The notes under the pieces were generated by a model. The model was not told the origin of the DNA. It worked only from the letters and a program-made list of their open reading frames with translations, and made no database searches. From positions 26,784,001 through 26,848,000 of the forward strand of contig NC_043018.1 in NCBI RefSeq assembly GCF_006345805.1: a stretch of 64,000 nt of DNA. The letters run 5' to 3'. This DNA comes from Octopus sinensis (Eukaryota). Made by a program: the position numbers and the translations under genes. Shown piece after piece: positions 37,511 to 50,313 of the stretch. How positions within the stretch are numbered: position 1 is the first letter of the stretch; each line of letters opens with the position of its first letter.

Positions 37511-38299
37511 TTACCTTCCTTATTCTTCTTCATATGAAATAAATTGGTTATATTTCTACAATACACAGAATATTTTAATTGTTTTTTTTCTGCAATTCCA
37601 AATAATATTTAATTTTAAAAATATAATAGGGCTTTTTAAAACACTGAATGGTTAGGAGGGTCCAATGTGTTAAATAGAAATCAAAAACCCATTGACAAAA
37701 TATGGTTTAGTATTCAGATTATTCATTCAAATTCTTCCAAATCAATCATGCATTATCTTGTAGCTTCAACATTTTGATATGATTGTTTATTTTTGGAATG
37801 ACAGTGTAGGGTTGGTGTGAGAAACCAGATCTAGCTGGTTTCAGCATAAAACAAGGAGAATATTTGGGCTGGATATGATTGGTTTAAAGGCTAAAGGGTT
37901 TGATGATGGTGATGATGGTAGCAGTGCTGCTGCAGCTGCAAAAAGTACAATTAAAATATTTTGTGTATTGTAAAAATATGACCACTATTTGACCTGGGGA
38001 AAGACAAGCCGTTCGTTAAAATAATTTAACTCAAACTATGCAAGGTATGTTGTTGTGTGAAGCCAGAAGGTTCAACTAATAAACAAAAGTTGGTTTTGTG
38101 TCATAAACTGTGATTTGTTTATTTCCTATGAAGAAAGAAGAAAAATAACTCAGGTGAACACCCTCCAGGTGTGGTGATTCTGTAATGTTTGCCAGAGATT
38201 GTACATATCTACCTGCAAATGCATAAATAAATACCTACTTATACACATACATATACATACCTACCTACCTACATATATATATATACATATATATATAAA

Positions 38300-38470
38300 G
38301 TTAATCCAAACAAGAAAGCACAAAAAAACACAACGCAAGGACGTGGAACAAATATAGTATTATTGGATACTCAGGAAAGAAGGAGGGTTTAACGTTTTGA
38401 GCGGAGCTCTTCATCAGAAACATAGGAGTAGGGAAGACAGAGGGAAAAAAATCGCCAACGGTACACATAC
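38300..38470 (-). mobile_element. Hammerhead-bearing short element (family 1), catalytically mutated copy
   Basis: Minus 38387-38421: gttt-CTGATGA-a-gagc-tcc-gctc-AAAA-cgtt-aaac, with G12 changed to A (consistent with CpG decay). Flanks are homologous to 44935-45120. Confidence 0.75.
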
Positions 38471-38670
38471 ATACACATACATATATGTAAACAGGTGTAT
38501 GTATATGTACATAATTTCTGCCAGGAGTTATAGATATCAACCTGCACACATATATACTTATACACATACATATATGCACCTACCTAGATACATATATACA
38601 TATGCAAACACCTACCTACATACACACATACTTACATAAATATAAGTGTCCATATATATATATATTTTAT

Positions 38671-39052
38671 TCTCTTACTTGACTGTGGCCATGCTGGAGC
38701 ACTGCCTTTAGTCGAACAAATCGACCTCAGGACTTATTCTTTGTAAGTCTAGTACTTATTCTATCCGTCTCTTTTGCCAAACTGCTAAGTTATGGGGATG
38801 TAAACACGCCAACATTGGTTGTCAAGCAATGGTAGGGGGAGAAACACAGACACACAAATGCATACGTACATACATACATACATACATACATATGATGGGA
38901 TTCTTTCAGTTTCCGTCTACCAAATCCACGCACAAGGCTGTGGTCGGCCCGAGGCTATAGCAGAAGACACTTGCCCAAAGTGCCACGCAGTGGGACTGAA
39001 CCCAGAACCATGTGGTTGGTAAGCAAGCTACTTACCACACAGCCACTCCTGC
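38671..39052 (-). mobile_element. SINE family B
   Basis: Head and body match the family consensus seen in the window. Confidence 0.88.
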
Positions 39053-39059
39053 ACCAATA

Positions 39060-39089
39060 TATGTTTATATGTGTGTGTGTGTGTGTATA

Positions 39090-39136
<47 letters not shown>

Positions 39137-39149
39137 ATATGTGTATATT

Positions 39150-39190
<41 letters not shown>

Positions 39191-39243
39191 GTGTGTGTGT
39201 GTGTATATATGTATGTGTGTGTGTATATATATATGTGTGTGTG

Positions 39244-39274
<31 letters not shown>

Positions 39275-39379
39275 ATATATGTATGTGTGTGTATATATAT
39301 ATGTGTGTGTGTGTGTATATATATATGTGTGTGTGTGTGTATATATATATGTGTGTGTGTATATATATATATGTGTGTG

Positions 39380-39424
<45 letters not shown>

Positions 39425-39453
39425 GTGTGTGTGTGTGTATATGTGTATATATA

Positions 39454-39484
<31 letters not shown>

Positions 39485-39590
39485 GTGTGTGTGTATATGT
39501 GTATATATGTGTGTGTGTATATATGTGTGTGTATATATATATGTGTGTGTGTATATGTGTATATATACATATGTGTGTGTGTGTGTGTGT

Positions 39591-39661
<71 letters not shown>

Positions 39662-39775
39662 TGTGTGTGGTGTGTATATATGTGTGTGTATATATATATG
39701 TGTGTGTGTGTATATATATATATATACGTGTGTGTGTATATATATATGTGTGTTGTATATATATATGTGTGTGTG

Positions 39776-39806
<31 letters not shown>

Positions 39807-39886
39807 ATATATGTATGTGTGTGTATATATATATGGTGTGTGTATATGTGTATATATATGTGTGTGTATATGTGTATATATATATA

Positions 39887-39917
<31 letters not shown>

Positions 39918-39955
39918 GTGTGTGTGTGTATATATATGTGTGTGTGGTGTGTGTG

Positions 39956-40028
<73 letters not shown>

Positions 40029-40272
40029 GGTGTGTGTGTGTGTATATATGTGTATATATATGGTGTGTGTGTATATATGTGTGTGTGTGTATATATATGT
40101 GTATATATGTGTGTGTGTGTATATATATGTGTATATATATGTGTGTATATATATGTGTGTGTATATATATGTGTATATATATATATGTGTGTGTGTGTAT
40201 ATATATATGTGTGTGTGTATATATATATATGTGTGTGTGTGTGTTATATATATGTGTGTGTATATATATATA

Positions 40273-40304
<32 letters not shown>

Positions 40305-40305
40305 C
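39060..40305. repeat. 1.25-kb (TA)n/(TG)n compound microsatellite
   Basis: Directly visible. Source of the 340-460 aa artefact ORFs. Confidence 0.97.
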
Positions 40306-41031
40306 ATATGTATTCTGCTAACAAAATGCATGTTTATTCACTGCAAGGCTGTTAGATGTTTCTACCCTACCCTGTCATACCTACTTAAAGCAAAGTGGAC
40401 TAGTCCACTTGACAGTTAAGTGTCTCGATACTTATACTCCGTCGTGTAGCGCAAGAGACTGGTTGCTATCAAACTGCCAGCTTCTCAGGTGGATTAAATT
40501 ATAATCGTACAGATTTACTAATTAACCGTGTTTCCAGGTGAAAAATGCCTTGATTTTTTCTACATCTTCACCGTGTTTTGATCTGATTGATCTCCGATCA
40601 TTGCCAGATCTCGTCGGTCCAGTGCATGGATCAATAGCATTGTGGATGAGGGCATTACTTTAGAGTCAGTTTAGGGCCCCAGTTAGAATCCAGCCAGGTG
40701 CTATGTACATATTATAAAAATAACTGATGATGATCAGAGGTCAAACTGATTGGCACATAATGGAGATATGTAGATATTAAAACATCGTTAATCTGTTAGA
40801 GATGAATTTAATTGAAATAAATATTAAAATATCAACTAATAAGCAAAACATATCTTTGACATTTAATGACAGTCGATTGTCTGGTAGCATGTTTACTTAG
40901 CTGTGAACACATATACACCCATGTGCATACACATACATACACATATGTATCTATGTGTGCAACCTAATGAGGGATACTCTACAAAGGTTGCACAACCTGC
41001 TAGAAATAGCAGTCAAATTTTCTTGAATGTA

Positions 41032-41420
41032 TACTCTTTTTACTCTTTTACTTGTTTCAGTCATTTGACTGCGGCCATGCTGGAGCACCGCCTTTAGTCG
41101 AGCAAATCGATCCCGGGACTTATTCTTTGTAAGCCCAGTACTTATTCTATCAGTCTCTTTTGCCGAACCGCTAAGTGACGGGGACGTAAACACACCGGCA
41201 TCGGTTGTCAAGCAATGCTAGGGGCACAAACACAGACACATACATATATATATATATACATATATACGACAGGCTTCTTTCAGTTTCCGTCTACCAAATC
41301 CACTCACAAGGCATTGGTCGGCCCGGGGCTATAGCAGAAGACACTTGCCCAAGATGCCACGCAGTGGGACTGAACCCGGAACCATGTGGTTGTTTAGCAA
41401 GCTACTTACCACACAGCCAC
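41032..41420 (-). mobile_element. SINE family B, full length
   Basis: Complete body with (AAGAGTA)n tail. Confidence 0.92.
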
Positions 41421-41451
41421 TTGCAACCCTTAAAAAAAAAAAAGAAAATAA

Positions 41452-42017
41452 TTGGGTTGTCTGGAAAGTTCGTGCCGATTTTTAAAGGAAAGAAAAAGGT
41501 CAATAAATACTTGCCATTACATTTTTAATCGACCAAATATGAACCATTTTGTTGCCCAATGCGTCTCCATCTTTCCTTTAACTTGAAAATATCCTCTTCT
41601 CAGAATTGAGGTGGTTTCATGACAAAGAATTCATCAAGGTATCTTTTTACGTCATCCAAAGAATTGAAATTTTTATCATTAAGACTATTATACAGAGACC
41701 TAAATAAGTGGAAATTCGAATGAGCAATATCTGGTGAATATGGAGGGTGGGGTAACATATCCCAGCCGAGCTGCAGCAAATTTTGCCTGGTTCCCATAGC
41801 ATCAAGTGCCAAAAATGAACTTTCTTACCTTCCATTTTAAAGGGTTACAGAATTAACACAGGTTATAGGAATATAAACCTTCTTCCACGAAAAGATAGCT
41901 TAAACTGTGCTCTAAATTGAGGTGTAGTCAAATCCTATTTTATGCACTCAACCATGTTCTCAAATAAGTTGAAAGGTAAGCTACTATAAGTTGGCACGAA
42001 CTTTCCGGACAACCCAG
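41452..42017 (-). mobile_element. Internally deleted mariner element (566 bp)
   Basis: TIRs ttgggttgtctggaaagttcgtgcc / ggcacgaactttccggacaacccag, then TA. The transposase N-terminus MEGKKVHF is joined to the C-terminus WDMLPHPPYSPDIAHSNFHLF...LDEFF. Confidence 0.93.
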
Positions 42018-42912
42018 TACGTTGGCGGAACGTCTCTGGTTACAGGTTTGTTTGATCAGCGTTTATCTGGAGTTTGATAACTATATAGAAGCAGGTATGG
42101 CTGTATAGTAAGAAGTTTGCTTCTCAACCACATGGTTCCGAGTTCAGTCCCACTGTGTGACACCTTGGGCAGGTGTCCTCTCACTATAGCCCTCGGGTCA
42201 ACCGAAGCCTTGCAAATGGATTTGGTAGACGGAAACTGAAAGAAGATCATGTGTGTGTGTGTCAGTGTTTGCCTCCCACCACTGTTTGGCAACCGGTGTT
42301 GGTTTGTTTACATCCCTGTAACATAGCAGTTTGGCAAAAAAAGACTGATAGAATAAGTACCAGACTTAAAAAAGGGTGAAAAAAATGTACTGGGGTCAGT
42401 TTGTCTCACAAAATTTCTTCAATGCAGTGCTCCAGCATGGCCACAGTCTAATGACCGAAACAAATAAGTAATGGATAAGATGTGTGTGTGAGCCTATAGG
42501 GAAGAACACTACATGGTTTGTTCTGCCTTTAGAAATAGCAGCCAAATCTCTCACATTGGTTAATGCTGTCCTAGGTTTATTGAATGTGTAGGTAAACATA
42601 CAGCTGACACTCCTTTTGTTTTAGTTCTGGTTTATCTGGGTCAACCTAGGGTTAAATGATAGCAATAACAACAGACATACACACTCACGCACACACAAAC
42701 ATGTTCATATGCACATATATACTTATAAATACGTACATAAAAACATATACACACATATATAAACACACACACATGCACTCACACTCATGTTTATTATACA
42801 TTCACATAAACACGCATAATCACACTACATAAACAAAGACATCCCCTACACACACACACACACACACATCTCCATATACACACAAACACATATGCAGTTA
42901 TATTTACATTAT

Positions 42913-43080
42913 ATAGGCGCAGGAGTGGCTGTGTGGTAAGTAACTTGTTTACCAACCATATGGTTCCGGGTTCAGTCCCACTGCGTGGCACCTTGGGCAA
43001 GTGTCTTCTACTATAGCCTCGGACCAACCAAAGCCTTGTGAGTGGATTTGGTAGACGGAAACTGAAAGAAGCCCATCGTA

Positions 43081-43111
<31 letters not shown>

Positions 43112-43316
43112 GTTTGTGTGTCTGTGTTTGTTCCCCTAGCATTGCTTGACAACCAATGCTGGTGTGTTTATGTCCCCGTTACTTAGCGGTTCGGCAAAAG
43201 AGACCGATAGAACAAGTACTGGGCTTACAAAAGAATAAGTCCCGGGGTCGATTTGCTCGATTAAAAGGCGGTGCTCCAGCATGGCTGCAGTCAAATGACT
43301 GAAATAAGTAAGAGTA
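42913..43316 (+). mobile_element. SINE family B, full length
   Basis: Complete head to tail; inverted relative to the 41032-41420 copy. Confidence 0.92.
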
Positions 43317-43878
43317 TATATACAAACAAACACACACACACACAAACACACACACACACGCATGCACTGCAAATAAACACACGCAGACACATTTACACAC
43401 ACACACAAATACATATTTATATTTACACATCTATATGCATACTCTCTCTTTCTCTCTCTCTCACACATACACACACACGCGCACACAGATTCCTACATGC
43501 ATGTATATGTTCTTACTCATACACACAATAATGCACTTACACACATAACATATATATTTATAGCAGGTTGAATAACCGTGTGGAGGCAGCAATGTTGGCT
43601 CACACTCACATGTATGTATGTATAATGGTGGTGGTGGTGGTGGTGGTTGCGGTGGGGTGGTTGTGGTTGTGGGGTGCTGTTGGTGGTGTCATGAACTGGG
43701 TTTTAGCCTTCCTCTCTAAAATGTGACCAACCTGTTAGATATCCACTCCATCCCTGTATTGACATCATTCTGCCCCGCCCCCCCCCAGTCTGATCTACTT
43801 TAATGCACTGTAACTTTGTTTTGTTTTTTTGTTGTTGGAACTCCTGTTTGTCTTATAAGTCAGTGTCCTACTTTGTTT

Positions 43879-43912
<34 letters not shown>

Positions 43913-43984
43913 ATGGCTAGCCGCTCGTGACTGAGGAAGATCATCACTGACCATCAGGTACATTGTGACCTCAGTCAAATTTTT

Positions 43985-44552
43985 GTGTGTGTATATACAC
44001 ACAGACATACATGTATGTATATATATATATATATATACCCTTTCCCTTATATGATATATATATGTGTGTATATATATGTTTATATATATATATGTGTATG
44101 TATATATATATATATGTATATATATATGTATATGTGTATGTGTATGTATATATATATGTATATATATATGTATATATATATGTATATATATATGTGTATG
44201 TATATATGTATATATGTATATATATATATGTATGTATATATGTATGTATATATGTATGTATATATGTATGTATATATGTATGTATATATGTATGTATATA
44301 TGTATGTATATATGTATGTATATATGTATGTATATATGTATGTATATATGTATGTATATATGTATGTATATATATATTATATATATGATATATATATGAT
44401 ATATATATGTATATAACACAAAAATTAGAGAATGGAGAAATATACTTAAATCAGTAAAACATCAACTATCCGATGATACTCAATCCATACTTTAATACAC
44501 CATTTGAATTTTCAACCCCTATCTCATTTTATAACCTATATATGTATATATG

Positions 44553-44584
<32 letters not shown>

Positions 44585-44594
44585 TATATGTATG

Positions 44595-44627
<33 letters not shown>

Positions 44628-44664
44628 GTATATATATGTATGTATATATGTATATGTATATATG

Positions 44665-44709
<45 letters not shown>

Positions 44710-44850
44710 GTATATATATATATGTATATATGTATGTATATATGTATATATATATATGTATATATGTATGTATATATGTATGTATATATGTATGTATATG
44801 TGTATGTATATGTGTATGTATATGTGTATGTATATGTGTATATATGTATA
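43985..44850. repeat. Two (TA)n/(TATG)n microsatellite blocks (43985-44410, 44535-44850)
   Basis: Directly visible. Confidence 0.95.
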
Positions 44851-44996
44851 TGGTAGTGTCGGCTATAGCCTAGTCACCTGTATAGTTAACCAGGTGATAC
44901 ATGAAGGAGTCAATATATATATAAAATGTGATCTTGTGTGTATCGTTGGTGATTTTTTTCTCCATCTTCCCTTCCTTGGATCTTTCCTTTTCCTAT

Positions 44997-45031
44997 GTTT
45001 CTGACGAAGAGCTCCGCTCGAAACGTTAAAC
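44997..45031 (+). ncRNA. Minimal type I hammerhead ribozyme (family 1) with intact core, inside a roughly 185-bp element (44935-45120)
   Basis: gttt-CTGACGA-a-GAGC-tcc-GCTC-GAAA-C-GTT-aaac. Stem I is 4 bp, stem II is 4 bp with a G10.1:C11.1 pair, stem III is the palindrome ACGT, and the triplet is GUU. Confidence 0.75.
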
Positions 45032-45189
45032 CCTCCTTCTTTCTTTCCTTTCCTGAGCATCCAATAATGCTATACTTGTTCCACGTCCTCGCATTGTTGT
45101 GTTTTCATGTTTAGATTAACTATATACACGTACATATACATGTATATTGCCATGATTGACCGCTGGCCACTGAAGCTTTTTTTTATTAT

Positions 45190-45390
45190 CTCTCTATCTG
45201 AAAGTTTGGTTTTCTTAAGGAGTTTTGTTTCGACTAGGAATTTTTCCCCTCTTTCTCAAAGGCTGTCATTATTTTCAAGACAGTACTTCTTGATAGACCA
45301 AGCATTTCGGCTGTTTTCGTTACGCTAGCGCCTGCCATACGAGCACCAACAATTTGACCTCTTTGAAAGACCAATAGATCTATCATTTTA
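45190..45390 (-). pseudogene. Tc1-family transposase 5' remnant
   Basis: MIDLLVFQRGQIVGARMAGASVTKTAEMLGLSRSTVLKIMTAFEKEGK is the paired-like HTH start typical of Tc1 transposases. Confidence 0.85.
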
Positions 45391-45654
45391 ATGAATTTGA
45401 ATTACCTTTTCCTGATAATATCTGAAAAGAAACAGCAATTTTAACAAAACATATTCAGCAACACTAATAATAAATGAAAAAAACATAAAAATAAATAAGC
45501 TTTTGATGGTTTCATAGATATTTCAAAATTATGATGCTAAGTGTTTCTATTATTTTGTTCAACCTCTGTATATGTATATAGATACATACATACATGCATT
45601 TATATTTATATTCACATGTATATATATGTATCCATACAAACATGGATATTTACA

Positions 45655-46118
45655 TATATGTGATGCATATGGATAAGGACAGCTGTGTAAAGAAGTGCCA
45701 AGCTCTAGTTGTAGAGGGTACCTGTGGAAAGGTTAGGCCCAGGAAGATATTGGATGAGGTGGTGGGAAAAGATCTTTGGATGCTGGACCTCACTGAAGAA
45801 ATGACTAGGGACCAGGAGAAGTGATTTGTTGTACTTGACAAGATGCATCAAACTAAGTAAAATCGCTGCCATCCATACATACAAACTTGTCCTTTCAGGT
45901 GCTGGTTCCATATTAAAAGCACCCATGCTGGTGCTGTGTACGCTCACCTGTGCTGGCGGCACATGAAGAGGCATCCAGCACACTCTGGTAAGGAGTTGGT
46001 GTTAGAAAGGGCATTAAGCTGTAGAGATCATGCCACAACTGACTGTTGGGAGTCTGGACAGCTCCAGGTCAAACTGTCCAACCTATGCCAGCATGGAAAG
46101 GGGACATTAAATGATGAA
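45655..46118 (+). mobile_element. RTE 3' fragment (family of 2206-3090)
   Basis: MDKDSCVKKCQALVVEGTCGKVRPRKILDEVV, then 3' UTR and (GAT)n tail. Confidence 0.85.
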
Positions 46119-46199
46119 TGATGAGTTATTTTACTAAATTCTTCTCTTTTTTTGAAATTAACTTAAACGAAATTAATTTCACCCAGTAATGTTTAAATC

Positions 46200-46438
46200 A
46201 GTCATATCAGGCCTAAATATTCTCAAAAATTAAGTAAAAACAACCAGAAAAATAATTCAGAATTCTTGTCCAGCACTGGATTGATCCCAAAATCTAATCA
46301 GTTCGTGCCAGTGCCAAGGTCAAACATCTCTGAAAGTTTCATCCAAATCGATCCAGCAGTTCTTGAGATATCTTGTCCACGGACAAACAAACACAACTGA
46401 AAACAATAACTCTGCCTTCGCTACGACAAAGGTAATAA
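46200..46438 (-). mobile_element. Helentron-associated (HINE/DINE-like) element; 5' part also at 29119-29190 (+)
   Basis: ttattacct..cg..gaaggcagag(g)ttatt.ttttcag..gtttgtttgt start with a short hairpin, typical of such elements. Confidence 0.5.
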
Positions 46439-48121
46439 GTGCAACATATCTTAGACATTTAACACTTATGTTACCAAATATCTGTTTAATCCTTTAGCAT
46501 TCAGATTATTCAATCAACTGTAATACTTTTTTATCCACATTGTTTTGGATAATCATAGATTACCACCATATCTTTGAGATTTCTATCGTATTATTGTCTA
46601 TTTTTAGCATGACATTGAAATTAAGTGCTTTGCTCAAGAACACAACACCCAGTCTGGGAAACGAACCCACAATCTCGCAGTCGGGAGAGCAACACCCTAA
46701 CCACTAAGCCATGTGCCTTCACAACTTTGGAGATGCACACACACACACTCCACACACACATGGTGCCAGGCTGGATTTGAACTAGGGCCCTAAACTGAAT
46801 ATAAGTAATGGTCTTATCCACAACATGTACTAGATCCAGGTACTAGAATGATGTGATCAGATGATGATTGAAGATTGAACAGCTTAAAGCATAAAGTGGA
46901 TCTTCTATTTTCTTTTACTTGTTTCATTCATTCGCCTGTGGCCATGCTGGGGCAACGCCATGCAAAGACCATATGATAATCTGATAGATAATCTATTTAG
47001 ATGCCTGTATCTCTTTCTAAGGGAGGTCATCAGGGGAAAGAGTTGTATCATCTCAATGGATTCATCAAATAATCACCCGCGGATGGATACCAGTGGCTAG
47101 CAAAGAGTTAAGTAATTTGTCTAACAGCCGAATCAACATAGAATTGGTCTCGTTCCTGTTACACGTGCTGCAGTCACCACAGAGTCTGAGGAAAAGTCAC
47201 ATTTCTAATATAGCATTTCCTGTAATGCCTGTCTTCCACAATATACTACGAAGTATTTTTTATATTTTAACAAAGAAAAAACCCTTATTTAAATGTCAGA
47301 AGAAAATGTTTTATGTATGCCACAGATTGCAATTGGGTGACCTTCTACGCGGTCATGCAACATGCTAGAACTAACAGCTAAAATCTTCCCTCAAATCACA
47401 TCTTATCAGTTTGTTGGATTTTTTTTTTTAGAAAAGACACATTACATATTATAGTCTGAGATACAATATTGTCAAAAAGATACGAACAGGATAGGCATGG
47501 TTGGAAGTTCTTGATCTATGAAAGTTGGCAAGGGTTTAAGCAACAAAAATAACTGCAGGAGCCTCTGCATGATCATCAAACCTACTAGACACAACAGCTA
47601 AACTCCCTCAAATTGCTTCTTTCAACCTTAGGAAAAGACTTCGGACTATGTAATCATAGGTGTAGGAGTGGCTGTGTGGTAAGTAGCTTGCTTACCAACC
47701 ACATGGTTCCGAGTTCAGTCCCACTGCGTGGCACCTTGGGCAGGTGTCTTCTACTATAGCTTCAGGCTGACCAAAGCCTTCTGAGTGCATTTGGTAGATG
47801 GAAACCGAAAGAAGCCCGTCATATATATGTATATATATATATGTGTGTGTGTGTGTTTGTGTGTCTGGACTGGAGTAACAAAGTGAAATAAAGTGTCTTG
47901 CTCAAGGAGACAATGTAACACTGGGAATTGAACACGCAACCTTACGATCATGAGCTGAATATCCTAACCACTGAGCCATGTGCCTAATCTCAAATTGAGG
48001 CTATGTAGAGATAATTAGTCAAGACACCAAGCAGTGGGATTGAACCCAAGGCCTTCACGATTACAAAGCAAACTTCTCAACCATTCTGTCATACCTGCAT
48101 TGACAATATGATAATGCTGTA

Positions 48122-48720
48122 ATGCGGTAAGCTGGCAGAAATGTTAGCACACTGGGTGAAATGCTTAGCGGTATTTCGTCTGCCGCTACGTTCTGAGTTC
48201 AAATTCCGCCAAGGTCGACTTTACTTTTCATCCTTTTGGGGTTGATTAAATAAGTACCAGTTATGCACTGGGGTCGATATAATTGACTTAATCCGTTTAT
48301 CTGTCCTTGTTTGTCTTCTCTGTGTTTAGCCCCTTGTGGGTAGTAAAGAAATAGGTATTTCGTCTGCCACTACGTTCTGAGTTGAAATTCCGCCGTGGTT
48401 GACTTTGACTTTCATCCTTTTGGGGTTGATTAAATAAGTACCAGTTATGCACTGGGGTCGATATAATCGACTTAATCCGTTTGTCTGTCCTTGTTTGTCT
48501 TCTCTGCGTTTAGCCCCTTGTGGGTAGTAAAGAAATAGTATTTCATCTGTCTTTACATTCTGAGTTCAAATTCCCCCGTGGTTGACTTTGCCTATCTTTC
48601 TTTCGGGGGTTGATAAATCAAGTACCAGTTGCGTACTGGGGTCAATCTAATTGACTGCCCCCCCCCCATAAATTTGTGCCTATATATATATACATGTGTG
48701 CCTTGTGCCTAGAGTAGAAA
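48122..48720 (+). mobile_element. SINE family A concatemer (about 3 bodies)
   Basis: Junctions aaagaaata(g)gtattt at about 48350 and 48535. Confidence 0.9.
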
Positions 48721-49269
48721 AGAATATAATGATGCTGTATCTAGTAACTACTAAATGTTGATTGAATGCAGTTAGAGCAAGCTTCAAATGTATAATTCAT
48801 GTAATTGGCAAGCTGTTTTGATAACTTCCAGATTTCTCAATTAGCCAAGTTGTTGGTCTGTTCATTAATTTATCCGGCGGCCTTAATCACTTGTAACATG
48901 CCACTAGAGTTGACACAGTCTCCTAGTTTCTAGCAATGATATTTAACATTATTCCAGCTGTGAACAGGTGTTACTGTTTTCAGCTAGAAACGACAATGAG
49001 GACGATAAAATATAGTATCAACAATGTAATATAACAATATAATAACAGGTTTTGTTGTTGTTGTTGCTGCTATTATTAAGGTGGTGAGCTGACAGAATTG
49101 TTATCACGCTGGGCAAAATGTTTAGTAGCAGTTTGTCCATCTTTACATTCCGAGTTCAAATGCTGCTGAGGTCGACTTTGCCTTTCATCCTTTCTGGGTC
49201 GATAAATTAAGTACCTTTGAAGCACTGGGGTTGATGTAATCGACTAAAATTTCAGGCCTTGTGTCATTA

Positions 49270-49765
49270 GTAGGAAGGATTATTATTGTTGTTATTATTA
49301 TTATTATTATCATTATTATTATTATTATTATCATTATTATTATTATCATTATTATCATTATTATTATTATCATCATCGTTATTATTATCATCATCATCAT
49401 CATTATTATTATCATTATTATCATCATCATTATTATTATCATCATCATCATCATTATTATTATCATCATCATCATCATTATTATTATCATTATTATCATC
49501 ATCATCATTATTATTATTATCATCATCATTATTATTATTATCATCATCATTATTATTATTATCATTATTATCATCATCATCATTATTATTATTATTATTA
49601 TCATCATTATTATTATTATTATTATTATCATTATTATTATTATTATTATCATTATTATTATTATCATCATCATTATCATTATTATTATCATCATCATTAT
49701 CATTGTTATCATCATTATCATTGTTATTATTATTATTATCATTATTATTATTATCATTATTATTA
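49270..49765. repeat. (ATT)n/(ATC)n microsatellite
   Basis: Directly visible. Confidence 0.97.
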
Positions 49766-50313
49766 AGTGAGAGAGCAGTGTCTGCCATCAAAGTGACACT
49801 GGGGTAAAATATACGACGCCTAATATACCCATCATGACTACCCGGCTGATAAGCGTACACCAGGCACATGCATCACAACCATATGTGCGCGACATGGCGA
49901 TCTCATATCAAGACAAACAGCGCATGACCTTGCAGGTGGGGCCCAGTTAGAATTTTCTTCTGGTCGAGTAACCCATCCCGCTCAAAAGGTCCCTGAATAA
50001 AGATTGTTTAAGGATGTTGAACAAAGCACCCATGTTTCCAAAGGTGAATTATCCAAACCTCTAAGAATTATTTTCAACACACAGCTATGATGCTCCCCCA
50101 CTACTCCTGCTCATGATCAGAGATGCACATATCGTCAGCCACAAAGGGACATGCTCAACTGGTTAAGGTCCAACAACTGACAAGCAAATCTGTGGTATTG
50201 AGCAGAATATTTGCTGTAGACCATCTTTTATACCGAGACAAAACAATGTACATGATAACATTTCCAATCAGTTAAGATCAGAAGCCATGAGAGCCACTGC
50301 CTGGTACTGCATC
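49766..50313 (-). mobile_element. Non-coding 3' part of a retroelement ending at a (TAA)n tract
   Basis: The minus strand ends ...gacactgctctctcact(TAA)n. An internal segment recurs at 13845-14000 and the terminus at 7772. Confidence 0.65.

Noticed and set aside
37990-38230. Splice-like signals (minus-strand acceptors at about 38220 and 38127; plus-strand donor at about 38045)
   Set aside because: The frames are short or stopped and show no similarity to FATP or any recognisable protein.
40636-40700. tRNA-like sequence (also SINE heads at 28737, 26672, 46720)
   Set aside because: The acceptor and anticodon stems are broken, and the sequences continue into repeat bodies (a diverged inverted copy lies at about 46770-46880). 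These are SINE heads, not functional tRNA genes.
160-44873. Long ORFs of YI/HT/VC/MY repeats (e.g. 160-921, 31275-32210, 38955-40355, 43868-44419)
   Set aside because: They are translations of (TA/TG/CA)n microsatellites, which lack stop codons in several frames, and show no domain content.
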